A DNA stretch of 64,000 nt from assembly GCA_017961325.1 (NCBI GenBank), contig JAGCXM010000042.1:11623-75622 (forward strand). The letters run 5' to 3'. A model generated the notes under the pieces. That model saw nothing but the letters and a program-made list of their open reading frames with translations, was not told where the DNA came from and searched no databases. Below are positions 1 to 9,431 of this stretch, piece by piece. A program made the translations under genes and the position numbers. Position 1 is the stretch's first letter. Each line of letters starts with the position of its first letter. The DNA comes from a bacterium. Lineage in GTDB: Bacteria; UBP6; UBA1177.

Positions 1-2
1 CA

Positions 3-113
3 GGAAGCGGTCCTAATCCGACGGACGCTCATGGACCTGATTCCGGCGAATATAATCCGGATAAAAACAACGATGACGATGTCGTTGATGCGGACTTCAC
101 CGAAAAGAAATAA
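3..113 (+). CDS. dnaK: DnaK (Hsp70) C-terminal fragment; 5' end lies outside window
   Basis: Frame-3 translation GSGPNPTDAHGPDSGEYNPDKNNDDDVVDADFTEKK-stop matches the acidic DnaK C-terminal tail; dnaJ follows immediately. Confidence 0.6.
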   Translation, partial: GSGPNPTDAHGPDSGEYNPDKNNDDDVVDADFTEKK

Positions 114-122
114 AATTTTACG

Positions 123-150
123 CCGGACGCAGAGTCCGGCACTTTTTTTG
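123..150 (+). terminator. Rho-independent terminator after dnaK
   Basis: CCGGAC-gcaga-GTCCGG hairpin followed by T7 run. Confidence 0.5.
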
Positions 151-176
151 TGACGGAATCTACGGAGTTTTAAGGT

Positions 177-1328
177 ATGGCTGGCAAGCAGGATTATTAC
201 GAAATACTAGGAGTTTCGAGGACAGCTTCACCCGAAGAGATAAAGAAGGCATTCAAAAAAATGGCGATGAAGTATCATCCGGACAGAAATCCGGGTGATA
301 AAGAGGCGGAAGAGAAGTTCAAAAGGGTAAACGAAGCGAATGAAATTCTTTCCGACCCTGAAAAACGTCAGATTTACGACCAGTACGGCGAAGACGGGCT
401 CAAAGGTGCATTCGGCGGAGCTGGAGCTGAAGGGGTTGATCTTTCCGAAATTTTCAAGAACGCTAATTTCGGCGGCGGTTTCAGCAACTTGGGCGATATG
501 TTCGACAACATTTTCGGCGGCAGCAGAAGACGCGGAAGAAATATGCCTCAGGAAGGAACCGATTTGGTCTCGAAAGTTGCGATTACATTCAAAGAATCCT
601 ACTCCGGAGTTTCAAAAGAAATTTCGTTCAGCCGTTCTTCGACATGCCAGTTCTGTAACGGATCCGGTGCAGAGAAGGGAAGCGCGAGAAAGGCGTGTCC
701 GACCTGCAAGGGTAGCGGTCAGCTGAGAAGCGGCAACGGTTTCTTTTCTATTTCGCAGACCTGCCCGACCTGCCACGGCGAAGGAACGATCATCGAAAAA
801 CCGTGTACCCACTGCCACGGAACCGGATTTCTTAAAGAGACGAAAAAAATCGAAGTTTCAATTCCGTCCGGCATTATTGACGGAATGCAGGTACGTGTTC
901 CCGGTGAGGGAAACGCCGGACTCAACGGCGGTCCGCGCGGTGATCTTTTCATTGATGTAAGAGTTAAAAGCGACGAACTTTTTGTCAGGGACGGTAACGA
1001 TATTTTCGTAGAAATTCCTATAACTTACTCGCAGGCTGCTCTCGGCGACAAAATCGAAGTTCCGACGATGGACGGCACGGTCGAGATGACTATTCCGGCG
1101 GGAACCCAGCCGAATACGAAAATGAGGCTCAAAGATAAGGGTTTTCCCGATGTCCACGGTCGCGGCAAAGGCGTTCTTTATGTAATTTTCAAGCTTGAAG
1201 TGCCGAAAAATCTTTCCGATGCACACAAAGAGGCGATAATGAAGCTCAAAGAGTTTGAAAAAGAGATAAAGGAGCGCCCGACTCTGAAGGATTATCTCGA
1301 AAAAATCAAAAAATGGTTCAATAAATAA
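177..1328 (+). CDS. dnaJ: Molecular chaperone DnaJ
   Basis: J-domain with HPDRN motif, G/F-rich linker, four CxxCxGxG zinc-finger repeats, C-terminal domain; 383 aa. Confidence 0.95.
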   Translation: MAGKQDYYEILGVSRTASPEEIKKAFKKMAMKYHPDRNPGDKEAEEKFKRVNEANEILSDPEKRQIYDQYGEDGLKGAFGGAGAEGVDLSEIFKNANFGGGFSNLGDMFDNIFGGSRRRGRNMPQEGTDLVSKVAITFKESYSGVSKEISFSRSSTCQFCNGSGAEKGSARKACPTCKGSGQLRSGNGFFSISQTCPTCHGEGTIIEKPCTHCHGTGFLKETKKIEVSIPSGIIDGMQVRVPGEGNAGLNGGPRGDLFIDVRVKSDELFVRDGNDIFVEIPITYSQAALGDKIEVPTMDGTVEMTIPAGTQPNTKMRLKDKGFPDVHGRGKGVLYVIFKLEVPKNLSDAHKEAIMKLKEFEKEIKERPTLKDYLEKIKKWFNK

Positions 1329-2048
1329 ATGTCTTTTTCCGAAAGAAACGAAATCATTTTCGGCGCATCCGGAATAGAAAAGCTCAAAAAATCATCAGTT
1401 GCCGTCTACGGTCTCGGCGGAGTAGGCGCAGCCGCTGCGATGGCGCTTGTAAGAAGCGGAGTCGGAACGATAAAGGCTGTCGATTTCGACACGGTGAGCG
1501 AATCTAATCTTAACCGCCTGATTTTCGGCTTTGAAACAAATGTCGGAATGAAAAAAAGTGAAGTCTTTTTGGATGCTGCAAAATCGGTAAATCCTGATGT
1601 AAATATTGAAGTTTATTCCGATTTTATGCACGGAACGGACGCTGCGTCCATGGTGCTTGACGCCGATTTCCACATTGACGCGATCGACAGCCTCAATCCG
1701 AAAGTCAATCTGATAATCGCCCTTTTGGAAAGTAGTCAAAACTTCATTTCTTCAATGGGAACTGGCGGACGAATTATGCCGGAAAAACTGGAATTCGCCG
1801 ACATTTGGAAAACCGATGTCTGTTCTCTTGCGAAATTCGTCCGTAAAAGGCTGAGAAACAGGGGAGTGAAAAAACATTTTCCTGTAGTTTTCAGCCGCGA
1901 AATTCCATGCGATCCGATTGAAAACGATGAAAAAAATGCCGAAAATTCGGGAAGAATCCGCAAAGTTCAGGGCTCTACGGTTTTTGTTCCTCAGGCTGCA
2001 GGTCTTATGCTTGCGAGTTATGCCGTGAGAAAGCTTCTTGATTTGTAA
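1329..2048 (+). CDS. tcdA: tRNA threonylcarbamoyladenosine dehydratase (ThiF/MoeB-family E1-like, TcdA/CsdL)
   Basis: GxGxxG Rossmann motif (VYGLGGVGAAAA), ThiF-family layout, ~240 aa typical of TcdA. Confidence 0.75.
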   Translation: MSFSERNEIIFGASGIEKLKKSSVAVYGLGGVGAAAAMALVRSGVGTIKAVDFDTVSESNLNRLIFGFETNVGMKKSEVFLDAAKSVNPDVNIEVYSDFMHGTDAASMVLDADFHIDAIDSLNPKVNLIIALLESSQNFISSMGTGGRIMPEKLEFADIWKTDVCSLAKFVRKRLRNRGVKKHFPVVFSREIPCDPIENDEKNAENSGRIRKVQGSTVFVPQAAGLMLASYAVRKLLDL

Positions 2049-2063
2049 CTTGCTGTAATTGTT

Positions 2064-2603
2064 ATGAAAATAATAGAAATCCGGAAAAATGTTTTTCTAA
2101 AGGAACTTGAAATAGAAGATGCCGGACACATTTTCAAGGCAATCGATTCGCAGCGCGAGTATCTGGGAAAGTGGCTTCCGTTCGTCGAGTTTACGAAGAG
2201 CGTAAAGGATTCTCTCGATTATGTCAGTTCGGTCATCACCATGCCTGAAGAGTGCAAGGAATATCAGTTTGCGGTTTTCTGCGGAGGTGATTTTGCCGGA
2301 CTTGTCGGATTCAAGGGGACCGACAGGCTTAATCGGAAAAGCGAAATAGGCTACTGGCTTAGTGAAGAGTTTCAAGGTCGCGGAATAATTACCGATTCGG
2401 TGCGCGCTCTTATAAAATTCGGCTTTTCCGGGCTTAATCTCAACAGAATCCAGATAAAGTGTGCCCCTGATAATGTGAAAAGCAACAATATACCGAAAAG
2501 ACTTGGTTTCTCTTTTGAAGGAGTCGAGCGCGACAGCGAATTCGTGTGCGAAGGCGTTTTCCGTGATGCCAACGTCTGGAGTCTTCTGAAAAAAGAGTCG
2601 TGA
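2064..2603 (+). CDS. GNAT family N-acetyltransferase (RimJ/RimL-like)
   Basis: RimL-like motifs (IGYWLSEEFQGRGI, acetyl-CoA binding region). Confidence 0.7.
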   Translation: MKIIEIRKNVFLKELEIEDAGHIFKAIDSQREYLGKWLPFVEFTKSVKDSLDYVSSVITMPEECKEYQFAVFCGGDFAGLVGFKGTDRLNRKSEIGYWLSEEFQGRGIITDSVRALIKFGFSGLNLNRIQIKCAPDNVKSNNIPKRLGFSFEGVERDSEFVCEGVFRDANVWSLLKKES

Positions 2604-2668
2604 TCACGAGAATATCAATATTTCGTTATTTTGATATTTCGAAAAATTACGTTGCAGGGTTACGGTTT

Positions 2669-3778
2669 TTATTTTGCCGCTGACATTTCAGTTTTTCTTC
2701 TTTTTTCGGCTTTAGCCATGAAGTAGATTGCGAGGAAGATGAATCCGAGCGATACCCAGTCGATGATAGCCGGATATTTTCCGCCGAAAACAGCTGCGAA
2801 AATGACAGTAGAAAGCGTTCCGGCGATAAGCGATGTCAGACGGTTTGCAAGGTTTGCAAAAGTCGCCGTTCTTCCTTTGAACATGAAGATGAAAACCGAG
2901 AAGAAAGCGTTGATTCCGTAAGCACATCCGACAAGTCCTGCCCAGATCGCCCAATCCCAGTTCGTGTTGAAAAACGCTTTTGCGAACGGGTCGATTCTCG
3001 GACCTGTTACGCCGAATTTGCCTGCCGCGATGAGAACGCAGATCGTGACGAGCGTCATCGTGGTGAAAGATGCAATCTGTTCGATTGCGAAAAATGCCTT
3101 GTTGTTGTCCTTCTTTGCTGCTTTTTCTTCAGGCGGACGGGTGTTCTTATAATAGTTCATGATGTAGATTCTGATTGCGTAAGCTGCGATGTAGCTTGCG
3201 AAGATGACCATGAACGGAATTGACGAAAACGGGCTGTCTTTGCCGTCGTTGCCGCCGGTGAAGGCCTTGATGAGCACTGCGAAAAGGGCGATGCACATAG
3301 CGATGTTCTCTTCCATGAAGACTTTTTTCTTTAAAATGCCCTGTTTGATCTGTATCGCGTCAACGATTCGGCCGATTATGATGACTGATCCTCGCATGAT
3401 TATCATTGCGACCATGACTGAAATGTGGTCGAAAGTGTAGAGCAGGGTGGTTGTCGGAACTACGACCGCGGTGCAGATACCCGAAAAAACTATGTAAGGC
3501 AGTTCGCTCGGCATCGTTATGCCGCATACCTTGATTTTTCTTACCGAATCGAGGCGGTACCAGCGCATGATGAGAACTGCTGCGGTTACGATGACGCTTG
3601 ACGCCAGCGTGCTGTAGAAGAGGTATTCCATGCCGGGAAGTCCGGGGAAACCCTCTCCCGTTTTTAGGAAGAATTTAACGCCGACACCCGTTATGATGTA
3701 GAAAAAGAAGTAGCCGAAGCAAAGCTGCATGAGTCTTGCGGTTGATCCTGAATTGTTGTCTGACAAGTTGTTCTCCAT
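2669..3778 (-). CDS. Polytopic integral membrane protein, unknown function
   Basis: 369 aa, ~10 predicted hydrophobic helices; no recognisable catalytic motif. Confidence 0.4.
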   Translation of the reverse strand: MENNLSDNNSGSTARLMQLCFGYFFFYIITGVGVKFFLKTGEGFPGLPGMEYLFYSTLASSVIVTAAVLIMRWYRLDSVRKIKVCGITMPSELPYIVFSGICTAVVVPTTTLLYTFDHISVMVAMIIMRGSVIIIGRIVDAIQIKQGILKKKVFMEENIAMCIALFAVLIKAFTGGNDGKDSPFSSIPFMVIFASYIAAYAIRIYIMNYYKNTRPPEEKAAKKDNNKAFFAIEQIASFTTMTLVTICVLIAAGKFGVTGPRIDPFAKAFFNTNWDWAIWAGLVGCAYGINAFFSVFIFMFKGRTATFANLANRLTSLIAGTLSTVIFAAVFGGKYPAIIDWVSLGFIFLAIYFMAKAEKRRKTEMSAAK

Positions 3779-3804
3779 TTAGTGTAAGTTATTATTAATA
3801 TTGA

Positions 3805-5106
3805 TTATTTTGCTGGACAAGCGATCCAGTATTCATTGTCGGAAATGTCACCGCCGTAATATGGCATTGCTTTGTAGCTGTAGAGGTCTATTTCACCGTT
3901 TACGGTGATCGTTGTGTTGCCGGGAGTGTAGTTTATTGCTGAAAGGGTCACCGAGCCGTATCCGAAAGCATGATCGCAGGAACCGTCTTGTTCACTGACG
4001 AAAAGCCTTACTTTTTCCTCTTTAAACTCACCGAGTCCGAAAGTATATGTTCCGGCGTTTGTTGTTTTTATCAGCATTCTGACAATAGGTGCGGTTGCCG
4101 TTGTATCGTTGTGTCCCTGGAAAAGTATGATGCGTTTGTCGGTACTGTCTTCAGGATTTGTTACGAGTTGCGCATATGCAAGCGGATATTTTGAGGTATC
4201 AACAATGTTTGCGTTGTTTCCGAATGTTCCGCTTGCAAAACCTCCTTCGATGCAGTTCGAAACATATACATCTGCTTCATTTTCATCATGAAGATATTTA
4301 AAAGTTCCATTGACTATTACTTTACCGTATGGGATTTTGTAGTTCGCGGTGTCTCCTGCAAGTCCGCATAATGAATCTTCGTCACGGCATTTGTTCCACA
4401 GGCAGTCATAATAGTATCCGCATGAATTGTCTTCGTTGCAGGTTTGCCATGCATAAAACTGATTTTTCCCTGCGGTGGTTCCGTTGTTGTAGCAGTTTTG
4501 TTGGCAGGTGCTGTCGTTTTCGCCGCATGTGTTCATGCAACTCATGATATCTGCGCAGTCGCCGGGGGCAAGAAGCTGGGTCGAAGAATCGGAGGAATCG
4601 TTGTCGTTGGTGTCCGTGTCATTGTCATTGTCATTGTTATTGTTATTAGTGTCGGAGTCGTTTCCGCTGTTGTTCGAATCTTCGTCATTGGCAGAATTAC
4701 CGCCGTCATCGGTTGAATCGCTGTCGTTGGTTGAATTGTCTTCTTCATCGTTGCCGGAGTCGCCGTTATCGGTTGAATCGCCGCCGTTATTGTTATTATT
4801 GTCACCGCTGTTTCCGCTGTTGTAGGAATCGTCCGAACTACTTGAGCTGTTGTCGGCTGACGAACAGGTTAAGGAGCCGTTTGCTGCCTGATTGCAGTAT
4901 TGACCGAAGTTAACATTGCATGTCCTTTTTATCTGCCATGATGAATCAATGCAAATTAAAATCTGTGAACCGTCTTTCGAGCATGATTCCGTCCCTGCCG
5001 TTGAACACGATCCGCCGGCTTCAATATAGTCTTCGGTATCGTCAGAACACGAAACCAGAGAAAACATTGCAAAAATCATTAATGAAATAATTACAGCCTT
5101 TTTCAT
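3805..5106 (-). CDS. Secreted lipoprotein with N-terminal Cys-rich repeat, long D/N/S/G-rich acidic linker and C-terminal Cys-rich domain (paralog family member 1)
   Basis: Signal peptide + lipobox LVSC; CxxxxC-spaced repeats; ~100 aa low-complexity acidic tract (GAT/AAT-rich DNA 4580-4860). Confidence 0.6.
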   Translation of the reverse strand: MKKAVIISLMIFAMFSLVSCSDDTEDYIEAGGSCSTAGTESCSKDGSQILICIDSSWQIKRTCNVNFGQYCNQAANGSLTCSSADNSSSSSDDSYNSGNSGDNNNNNGGDSTDNGDSGNDEEDNSTNDSDSTDDGGNSANDEDSNNSGNDSDTNNNNNDNDNDTDTNDNDSSDSSTQLLAPGDCADIMSCMNTCGENDSTCQQNCYNNGTTAGKNQFYAWQTCNEDNSCGYYYDCLWNKCRDEDSLCGLAGDTANYKIPYGKVIVNGTFKYLHDENEADVYVSNCIEGGFASGTFGNNANIVDTSKYPLAYAQLVTNPEDSTDKRIILFQGHNDTTATAPIVRMLIKTTNAGTYTFGLGEFKEEKVRLFVSEQDGSCDHAFGYGSVTLSAINYTPGNTTITVNGEIDLYSYKAMPYYGGDISDNEYWIACPAK

Positions 5107-5225
5107 AATAACCTCCGAATTTCAAAAACAAACCCGAATATTATAGTGAAAAAGACTCTGTTGTCAAACGAAGCAAGACCGTTTGAAGTTGTTTTATTCG
5201 GTATTTTAAGTGCAAAATAAAAGGA

Positions 5226-5318
5226 AGGTCGGAAAAACCGCAACACACAAACTATCCGCTACCGCTGCTTCCTCTCGGACCTGACGGGGTTTGCGGGGCT
5301 TGTTGTACGGCCCCCGAC
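5226..5318 (-). ncRNA. ffs: Signal recognition particle RNA (4.5S RNA, small SRP type)
   Basis: Minus-strand sequence GGUCGGGGGCCG...GUCAGGUCCGAGAGGAAGCAGCGG...CCGACC; conserved domain IV motif (E. coli GUCAGGUCCGGAAGGAAGCAGC) and paired termini. Confidence 0.65.
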
Positions 5319-5323
5319 CACAA

Positions 5324-5414
<91 letters not shown>

Positions 5415-5439
5415 ATGAACCGGAAAAAGGATAAAAAGA

Positions 5440-5531
5440 TGGCGGAGAGATAGGGATTCGAACCCCAGGCACCCTGTAAAGAGCGCACCTGATTTCGAGT
5501 CAGGCTCCTTCGACCACTCGGACATCTCTCC
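5440..5531 (-). tRNA. tRNA-Ser (anticodon CGA)
   Basis: GGAGAGA acceptor, anticodon loop CTCGAAA, long variable arm, T-arm GGTTCGAATCC, CCA encoded. Confidence 0.85.
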
Positions 5532-5534
5532 GTA

Positions 5535-6032
5535 TTATTCAATATTTTCAGGATCTTGATGCTTTTTTGAAGTTTTCTGTCTTTCTCTGATATCCCGGAA
5601 AAAACCGGACAGCATCTCAGACGATTCTTCAGCTAAAATCCCCTCAACGACTTCCACCCTGTGATTTAAACGTTCGTCTTCCAAAAGCGTATAAAGAGAT
5701 CTCACTCCCCCTGCTTTCGGATCTCTTGCCCCGAAATAAACTTTCGGGATCCTGGCCTGAACTATCGCACCGCTGCACATGATGCAGGGTTCGAGCGTGA
5801 CGTAAAGCTCGCAGTCCTCAAGACGCCAGCTTCTCAAATAAGCCGCAGCTTCTGATATCGCTTCGATTTCCGCGTGGGAAAGCGGCGACTGGGCGGATTC
5901 GCGTTTGTTGAATCCTTTTCCGATTATTCTGTTTTCAAAGACCACAACTGCGCCGACGGGAACTTCACCCGTCTCTCTCGCCTTTTCGGCAAGGCTGAGC
6001 GCAACTTTCATATATTCGATTTCTCTTGTCAT
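5535..6032 (-). CDS. tadA: tRNA-specific adenosine deaminase TadA
   Basis: CMP/dCMP deaminase zinc motifs HAE...PCxMC; ORF in track (to 6089) overlaps tRNA-Arg, so start trimmed to internal Met (MTREIEYMKVAL...). Confidence 0.85.
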   Translation of the reverse strand: MTREIEYMKVALSLAEKARETGEVPVGAVVVFENRIIGKGFNKRESAQSPLSHAEIEAISEAAAYLRSWRLEDCELYVTLEPCIMCSGAIVQARIPKVYFGARDPKAGGVRSLYTLLEDERLNHRVEVVEGILAEESSEMLSGFFRDIRERQKTSKKHQDPENIE

Positions 6033-6040
6033 CACCGGCA

Positions 6041-6117
6041 TGGCGCGCCCAGGAGGACTCGAACCTCCAGCCTTTTGGTCCGTAGCCAAACGCTCTATCC
6101 AATTGGGCTATGGGCGC
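6041..6117 (-). tRNA. tRNA-Arg (anticodon ACG)
   Basis: 77 nt; close match to E. coli tRNA-Arg(ACG) (TAGCCCAATTGGATAGAGC, GGCTACGGACC anticodon arm); CCA encoded. Confidence 0.9.
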
Positions 6118-6128
6118 CCAAAACAAAA

Positions 6129-6222
6129 GTGGCGGAGAGGGAGGGATTCGGACCCTCGATGGAATTATTAGTCCCATACCCACTTAGCAGGCGAGCTCCT
6201 TCGGCCTCTCGGACACCTCTCC
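6129..6222 (-). tRNA. tRNA-Ser (anticodon GCT)
   Basis: GGAGAGG acceptor, anticodon loop CTGCTAA, long variable arm, CCA encoded. Confidence 0.85.
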
Positions 6223-6230
6223 GCATATTC

Positions 6231-6318
6231 TGGCGGAAGAGGTAGGATTCGAACCCACGGACGCGTAAACGTCAACGGTTTTCAAGACCGCCGCCTTCGA
6301 CCACTCGGCCACTCTTCC
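6231..6318 (-). tRNA. tRNA-Ser (anticodon TGA)
   Basis: GGAAGAG acceptor, anticodon loop CTTGAAA, long variable arm, GGTTCGAATCC, CCA encoded. Confidence 0.85.
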
Positions 6319-6449
6319 ACGATTCATCTCGATGTTCAAAGAACAAAGCGGAACAATGATTGTCAAATTTTATTAAAAGTCAATAAAATTTTTTCTTTTT
6401 TTAAATGCTGCCGTTTGAAAAGGCAGAATTCCGGCAGATGCTTTTGCTT

Positions 6450-7007
6450 TCATATCAGTTTTCTGAAGAAGCCTGGTCTGTGAAAATCTGGTTTTTCGCT
6501 AATAATATCAAACAGATGCATGTAATGCGGAGTAGGGGAGCAGTCCGCACACTTGTAAATGTTGCCTTTAAGCAGTTCAGGATTGATTCCGCAGTTGTCG
6601 AAAACGAAAATTGTTTTCGGGATTTTTATTTCCAGTCTGTAGGAAGTTTCTTCGTCTTTTATTCCGAAAGGCTTGCTGCCAAGTGTTGATAAAACTTCAA
6701 TATTTTTAATAAGTTGTGGATTTAAGAATTCTCTGTCGCAGCGGTTTTTTCCGTATTGGGCCAAAACGGTTCCGATGCAGTTTACCTCGAAATTGTAGTA
6801 AAATCCGCTGCCGAAAGATAAAAAGAGTTCGGCGCAGCTGTCTTCAAAAACTTTTTGATTAGTTTCGGAATAAACAGCCTTTACGGAAGGTTCTGTTATG
6901 TCGAAAACGGCGGTTACGGCCTCTTTGGTAGCGGAAAAATCGCATGAAACGCTTAAATTTTCATAAGGTTTTCCGCACCAGACCTGTTTAAGTTTATACA
7001 AAGTCAT
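6450..7007 (-). CDS. Hypothetical cytoplasmic protein (185 aa)
   Basis: Clean ORF, no signal peptide, no recognised motif. Confidence 0.4.
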   Translation of the reverse strand: MTLYKLKQVWCGKPYENLSVSCDFSATKEAVTAVFDITEPSVKAVYSETNQKVFEDSCAELFLSFGSGFYYNFEVNCIGTVLAQYGKNRCDREFLNPQLIKNIEVLSTLGSKPFGIKDEETSYRLEIKIPKTIFVFDNCGINPELLKGNIYKCADCSPTPHYMHLFDIISEKPDFHRPGFFRKLI

Positions 7008-7010
7008 TGT

Positions 7011-8234
7011 TCATTCCTTTATAAAAAAACTTTTTTCCGCTGTCACAGCATTTTCGAGTTCGACTGTTCTTGAAGCGGAAAGAGTTCTGAAACTGCCTGA
7101 AATGTCAAACGGTGCCGTCCAGACGCGTTCGTATGTAAAAAGCAGCGGATCGACTGTTTTTCCGTTCTGCATAACCGTGAAATGCAGGTGCGGTGCGGTG
7201 GAACGCCCGGTACTCCCCGCTCCTGCAATGATTTCACCGCGGACGATATTCATTCCGACGGCCGTCAGATAGCGGTTCAGGTGCCCGTAAACCGTGCGCA
7301 GACCGTTGCCGTGATCAATGACGACAGCTTTGCCCAGACCTCCTTTTTCACCTGCAAAAATGACTCTTCCGCTTTCGGCTGCGCGGACCGGAGTGTCTGT
7401 TTTCGCCAGAATGTCGACTCCGTTGTGGAATTTTTTTCTTTTATTGAATGGATCCCTGCGTTCACCGTAGTAACTCGTGATCCGTCCGCTGTCGATCGGA
7501 GCCCTGAAATCACCGGGAGGCGAAAGCACGACGGTATGCCCCGAAACGAAGTAATCGCCGTAAATATAGTCTCGGAAAGCGGTCATAGTGAAATCGCCGA
7601 TATTTTTGCTTTTTATCGAAAATCCGAGGATCCCGTAGGTTTTTACCAGAATATCGCTGTCGAAGATTCCTTTGACCATAAATGCTATGGAATCTCCGGG
7701 TTTCAGTTTGTCCAGAATCCCCCAGTCCCATATGAGGCGTTCCTTTGCTATTTCGTAAAACTGCGGATCGTCTTCCGAAAACGAGGTTTTTATTTTGTAA
7801 TAGCGTATCATCGTCTTTTCTTCAAGGTCGATCGGCTCGTTTTTCCGGACGAAATCGTTCCCCTGACGGACAAAGGAGATTTTTTCTCCTTTTGAATTGT
7901 TTTTGTAGTGGTGCAGATCGTAGGAAACGGTTTTTCCGCGGGCTGTCGTCACTGAAAAGACATCGCCGTTCATAAATTTAGTGAGTCCCGCTTTTTTGCG
8001 GTAAAGCAGTTTCGCATTTTCCCAGTTCTCACTGCCCAGGATTTCAGCGAAAAAGTCGTCGTATTTTGCACTCGGCACCTGAAGATGAAGTGTTTGTCTG
8101 GATTTTTTGACGTTGTTTTGGTTGTTCCAGTTCAAACTGATGTTGACGTCCTTTTTCAAAGATTCCTGATAGAGAAAAAAAGCTGTTGCCGAAATAAGCG
8201 CAACAAGAATCAGAAAAAAGGTTGCGCGCCTCAT
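7011..8234 (-). CDS. M23 family metallopeptidase (secreted / membrane anchored)
   Basis: N-terminal hydrophobic anchor; C-terminal M23 LytM motifs HNGVD...HLHF. Confidence 0.85.
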   Translation of the reverse strand: MRRATFFLILVALISATAFFLYQESLKKDVNISLNWNNQNNVKKSRQTLHLQVPSAKYDDFFAEILGSENWENAKLLYRKKAGLTKFMNGDVFSVTTARGKTVSYDLHHYKNNSKGEKISFVRQGNDFVRKNEPIDLEEKTMIRYYKIKTSFSEDDPQFYEIAKERLIWDWGILDKLKPGDSIAFMVKGIFDSDILVKTYGILGFSIKSKNIGDFTMTAFRDYIYGDYFVSGHTVVLSPPGDFRAPIDSGRITSYYGERRDPFNKRKKFHNGVDILAKTDTPVRAAESGRVIFAGEKGGLGKAVVIDHGNGLRTVYGHLNRYLTAVGMNIVRGEIIAGAGSTGRSTAPHLHFTVMQNGKTVDPLLFTYERVWTAPFDISGSFRTLSASRTVELENAVTAEKSFFIKE

Positions 8235-9328
8235 AAACTTCCGATTTTATTGGATAATCTTGTTTTTGTCTGAAAGTCGAAGAAGTGAAGTTTTTCGTGT
8301 TTTAGAGAGAGTTTTACCGTATCTCCGGTGTCGAAACCGCGTGCTTTTTCAAATTCCGCTTCAACCGTTATTTTTACGTTTTCAGAAACGGAAACATGAA
8401 TAAGCGACATTCTGCCCAACGCCTCGACAATTTCGACTTTCCCGGTGATTTCAGGTTCCTTTTCGTCGAATACGAAATCCTGGGGACGGATTCCGAGAAT
8501 GATTTTTTCCTGATTGAAGTCGTTTTCAGCACCGGCTTTGACGTTGATGTTTTCACCGTTCAGAATCATCTGATTTCCATCCTTTTTTGCATTGAGTTCA
8601 AGCAGATTCATTGAAGGCGAGCCGATGAAAGAAGCGACAAAAACATTCTGCGGAGTATCGAAAAGTTCCGCCGGAGTTCCGACCTGCTGGATTACGCCTT
8701 GATTCAAAACGACTATTCTGTCGGCAAGGGTCATAGCCTCGACCTGATCGTGAGTTACGTAGATTATCGTGGTTTTCAGACGTTCATGCAGCTTCTTGAG
8801 TTCAACGCGCATCTGGGTCCTTAGCGATGCGTCCAAATTTGAAAGAGGTTCGTCGAAAAGGAAAACCTTCGGGTTTCTGACGATAGCCCGCCCCATGGCC
8901 ACACGCTGACGCTGTCCGCCGCTCATCTGTTTCGGCAATCTGTCCAAAAGATGTGTAATATCAAGCATTTTTGCCGCTTCATTCACTCTTTTTTCAATTT
9001 CATCTTTGCCGGTTTTCTTCATTTTGAGTGCGAAAGCCATGTTTTCACGGACGGTCATATGCGGATAAAGTGCGTAACTCTGGAAAACCATTGCGATATC
9101 ACGATCCTTAGGTGCGAGGTTGTTTACGGTTTTGTCACCGATTTTGATTGTCCCGTCGGAAATCGTTTCCAAGCCTGCGAGAGTACGGAGCAAAGTCGAT
9201 TTTCCGCAGCCGGAAGGGCCGACCAGAACGAGAAATTCACCGTCTCTGACCGTCAAATCTATTCCTTTGAGAATCGTCGTCTCTTCGTTGTATTTTTTTA
9301 CGACTCTTTCAAATGTTACAGATGCCAT
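8231..9328 (-). CDS. ABC transporter ATP-binding protein, MalK/UgpC/MsiK type with C-terminal TOBE domain
   Basis: Walker A GPSGCGKST, signature LSGGQRQR, Walker B LFDEPLS; start trimmed to MASVTFERV; 4-nt overlap with downstream M23 gene. Confidence 0.85.
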   Translation of the reverse strand: MASVTFERVVKKYNEETTILKGIDLTVRDGEFLVLVGPSGCGKSTLLRTLAGLETISDGTIKIGDKTVNNLAPKDRDIAMVFQSYALYPHMTVRENMAFALKMKKTGKDEIEKRVNEAAKMLDITHLLDRLPKQMSGGQRQRVAMGRAIVRNPKVFLFDEPLSNLDASLRTQMRVELKKLHERLKTTIIYVTHDQVEAMTLADRIVVLNQGVIQQVGTPAELFDTPQNVFVASFIGSPSMNLLELNAKKDGNQMILNGENINVKAGAENDFNQEKIILGIRPQDFVFDEKEPEITGKVEIVEALGRMSLIHVSVSENVKITVEAEFEKARGFDTGDTVKLSLKHEKLHFFDFQTKTRLSNKIGSL

Positions 9329-9431
9329 TTTTGTCCACCTCCACCAAAAAACCGCCAATTATAGACAAAAATCGAATAATATCAACTTTGATATTTTTTT
9401 GTTATTTCAGATTTCGTTGCGGCTGCTGTCG

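Noticed and set aside
340-1226. Antisense or alternate-frame ORFs inside dnaJ (340..726, 612..818, 719..952, 858..1226); similar shadow ORFs occur inside most large genes
   Set aside because: They overlap well-supported genes in other frames, lack RBS and lack domain signatures; they are typical shadow ORFs
4580-4860. Microsatellite-like GAT/AAT/GTT-rich DNA
   Set aside because: It is in frame within a long minus-strand ORF and encodes the D/N/S-rich acidic linker of Cys-rich lipoprotein 1; similar tracts in 9900-10400, 21550-21900 and 30750-30900 are also coding
6319-6449. Hairpin CTGCCG...CGGCAG near 6395-6430 as a terminator or riboswitch
   Set aside because: There is no adjacent U-run in either orientation consistent with an intrinsic terminator and no recognisable riboswitch consensus; it is more likely part of the promoter region of the tRNA operon
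7011-9328. FtsEX-EnvC-like ABC ATPase plus M23 activator system
   Set aside because: The ATPase is a 365-aa MalK/UgpC-type with a TOBE domain, not the ~220-aa FtsE, and no FtsX-like permease is present
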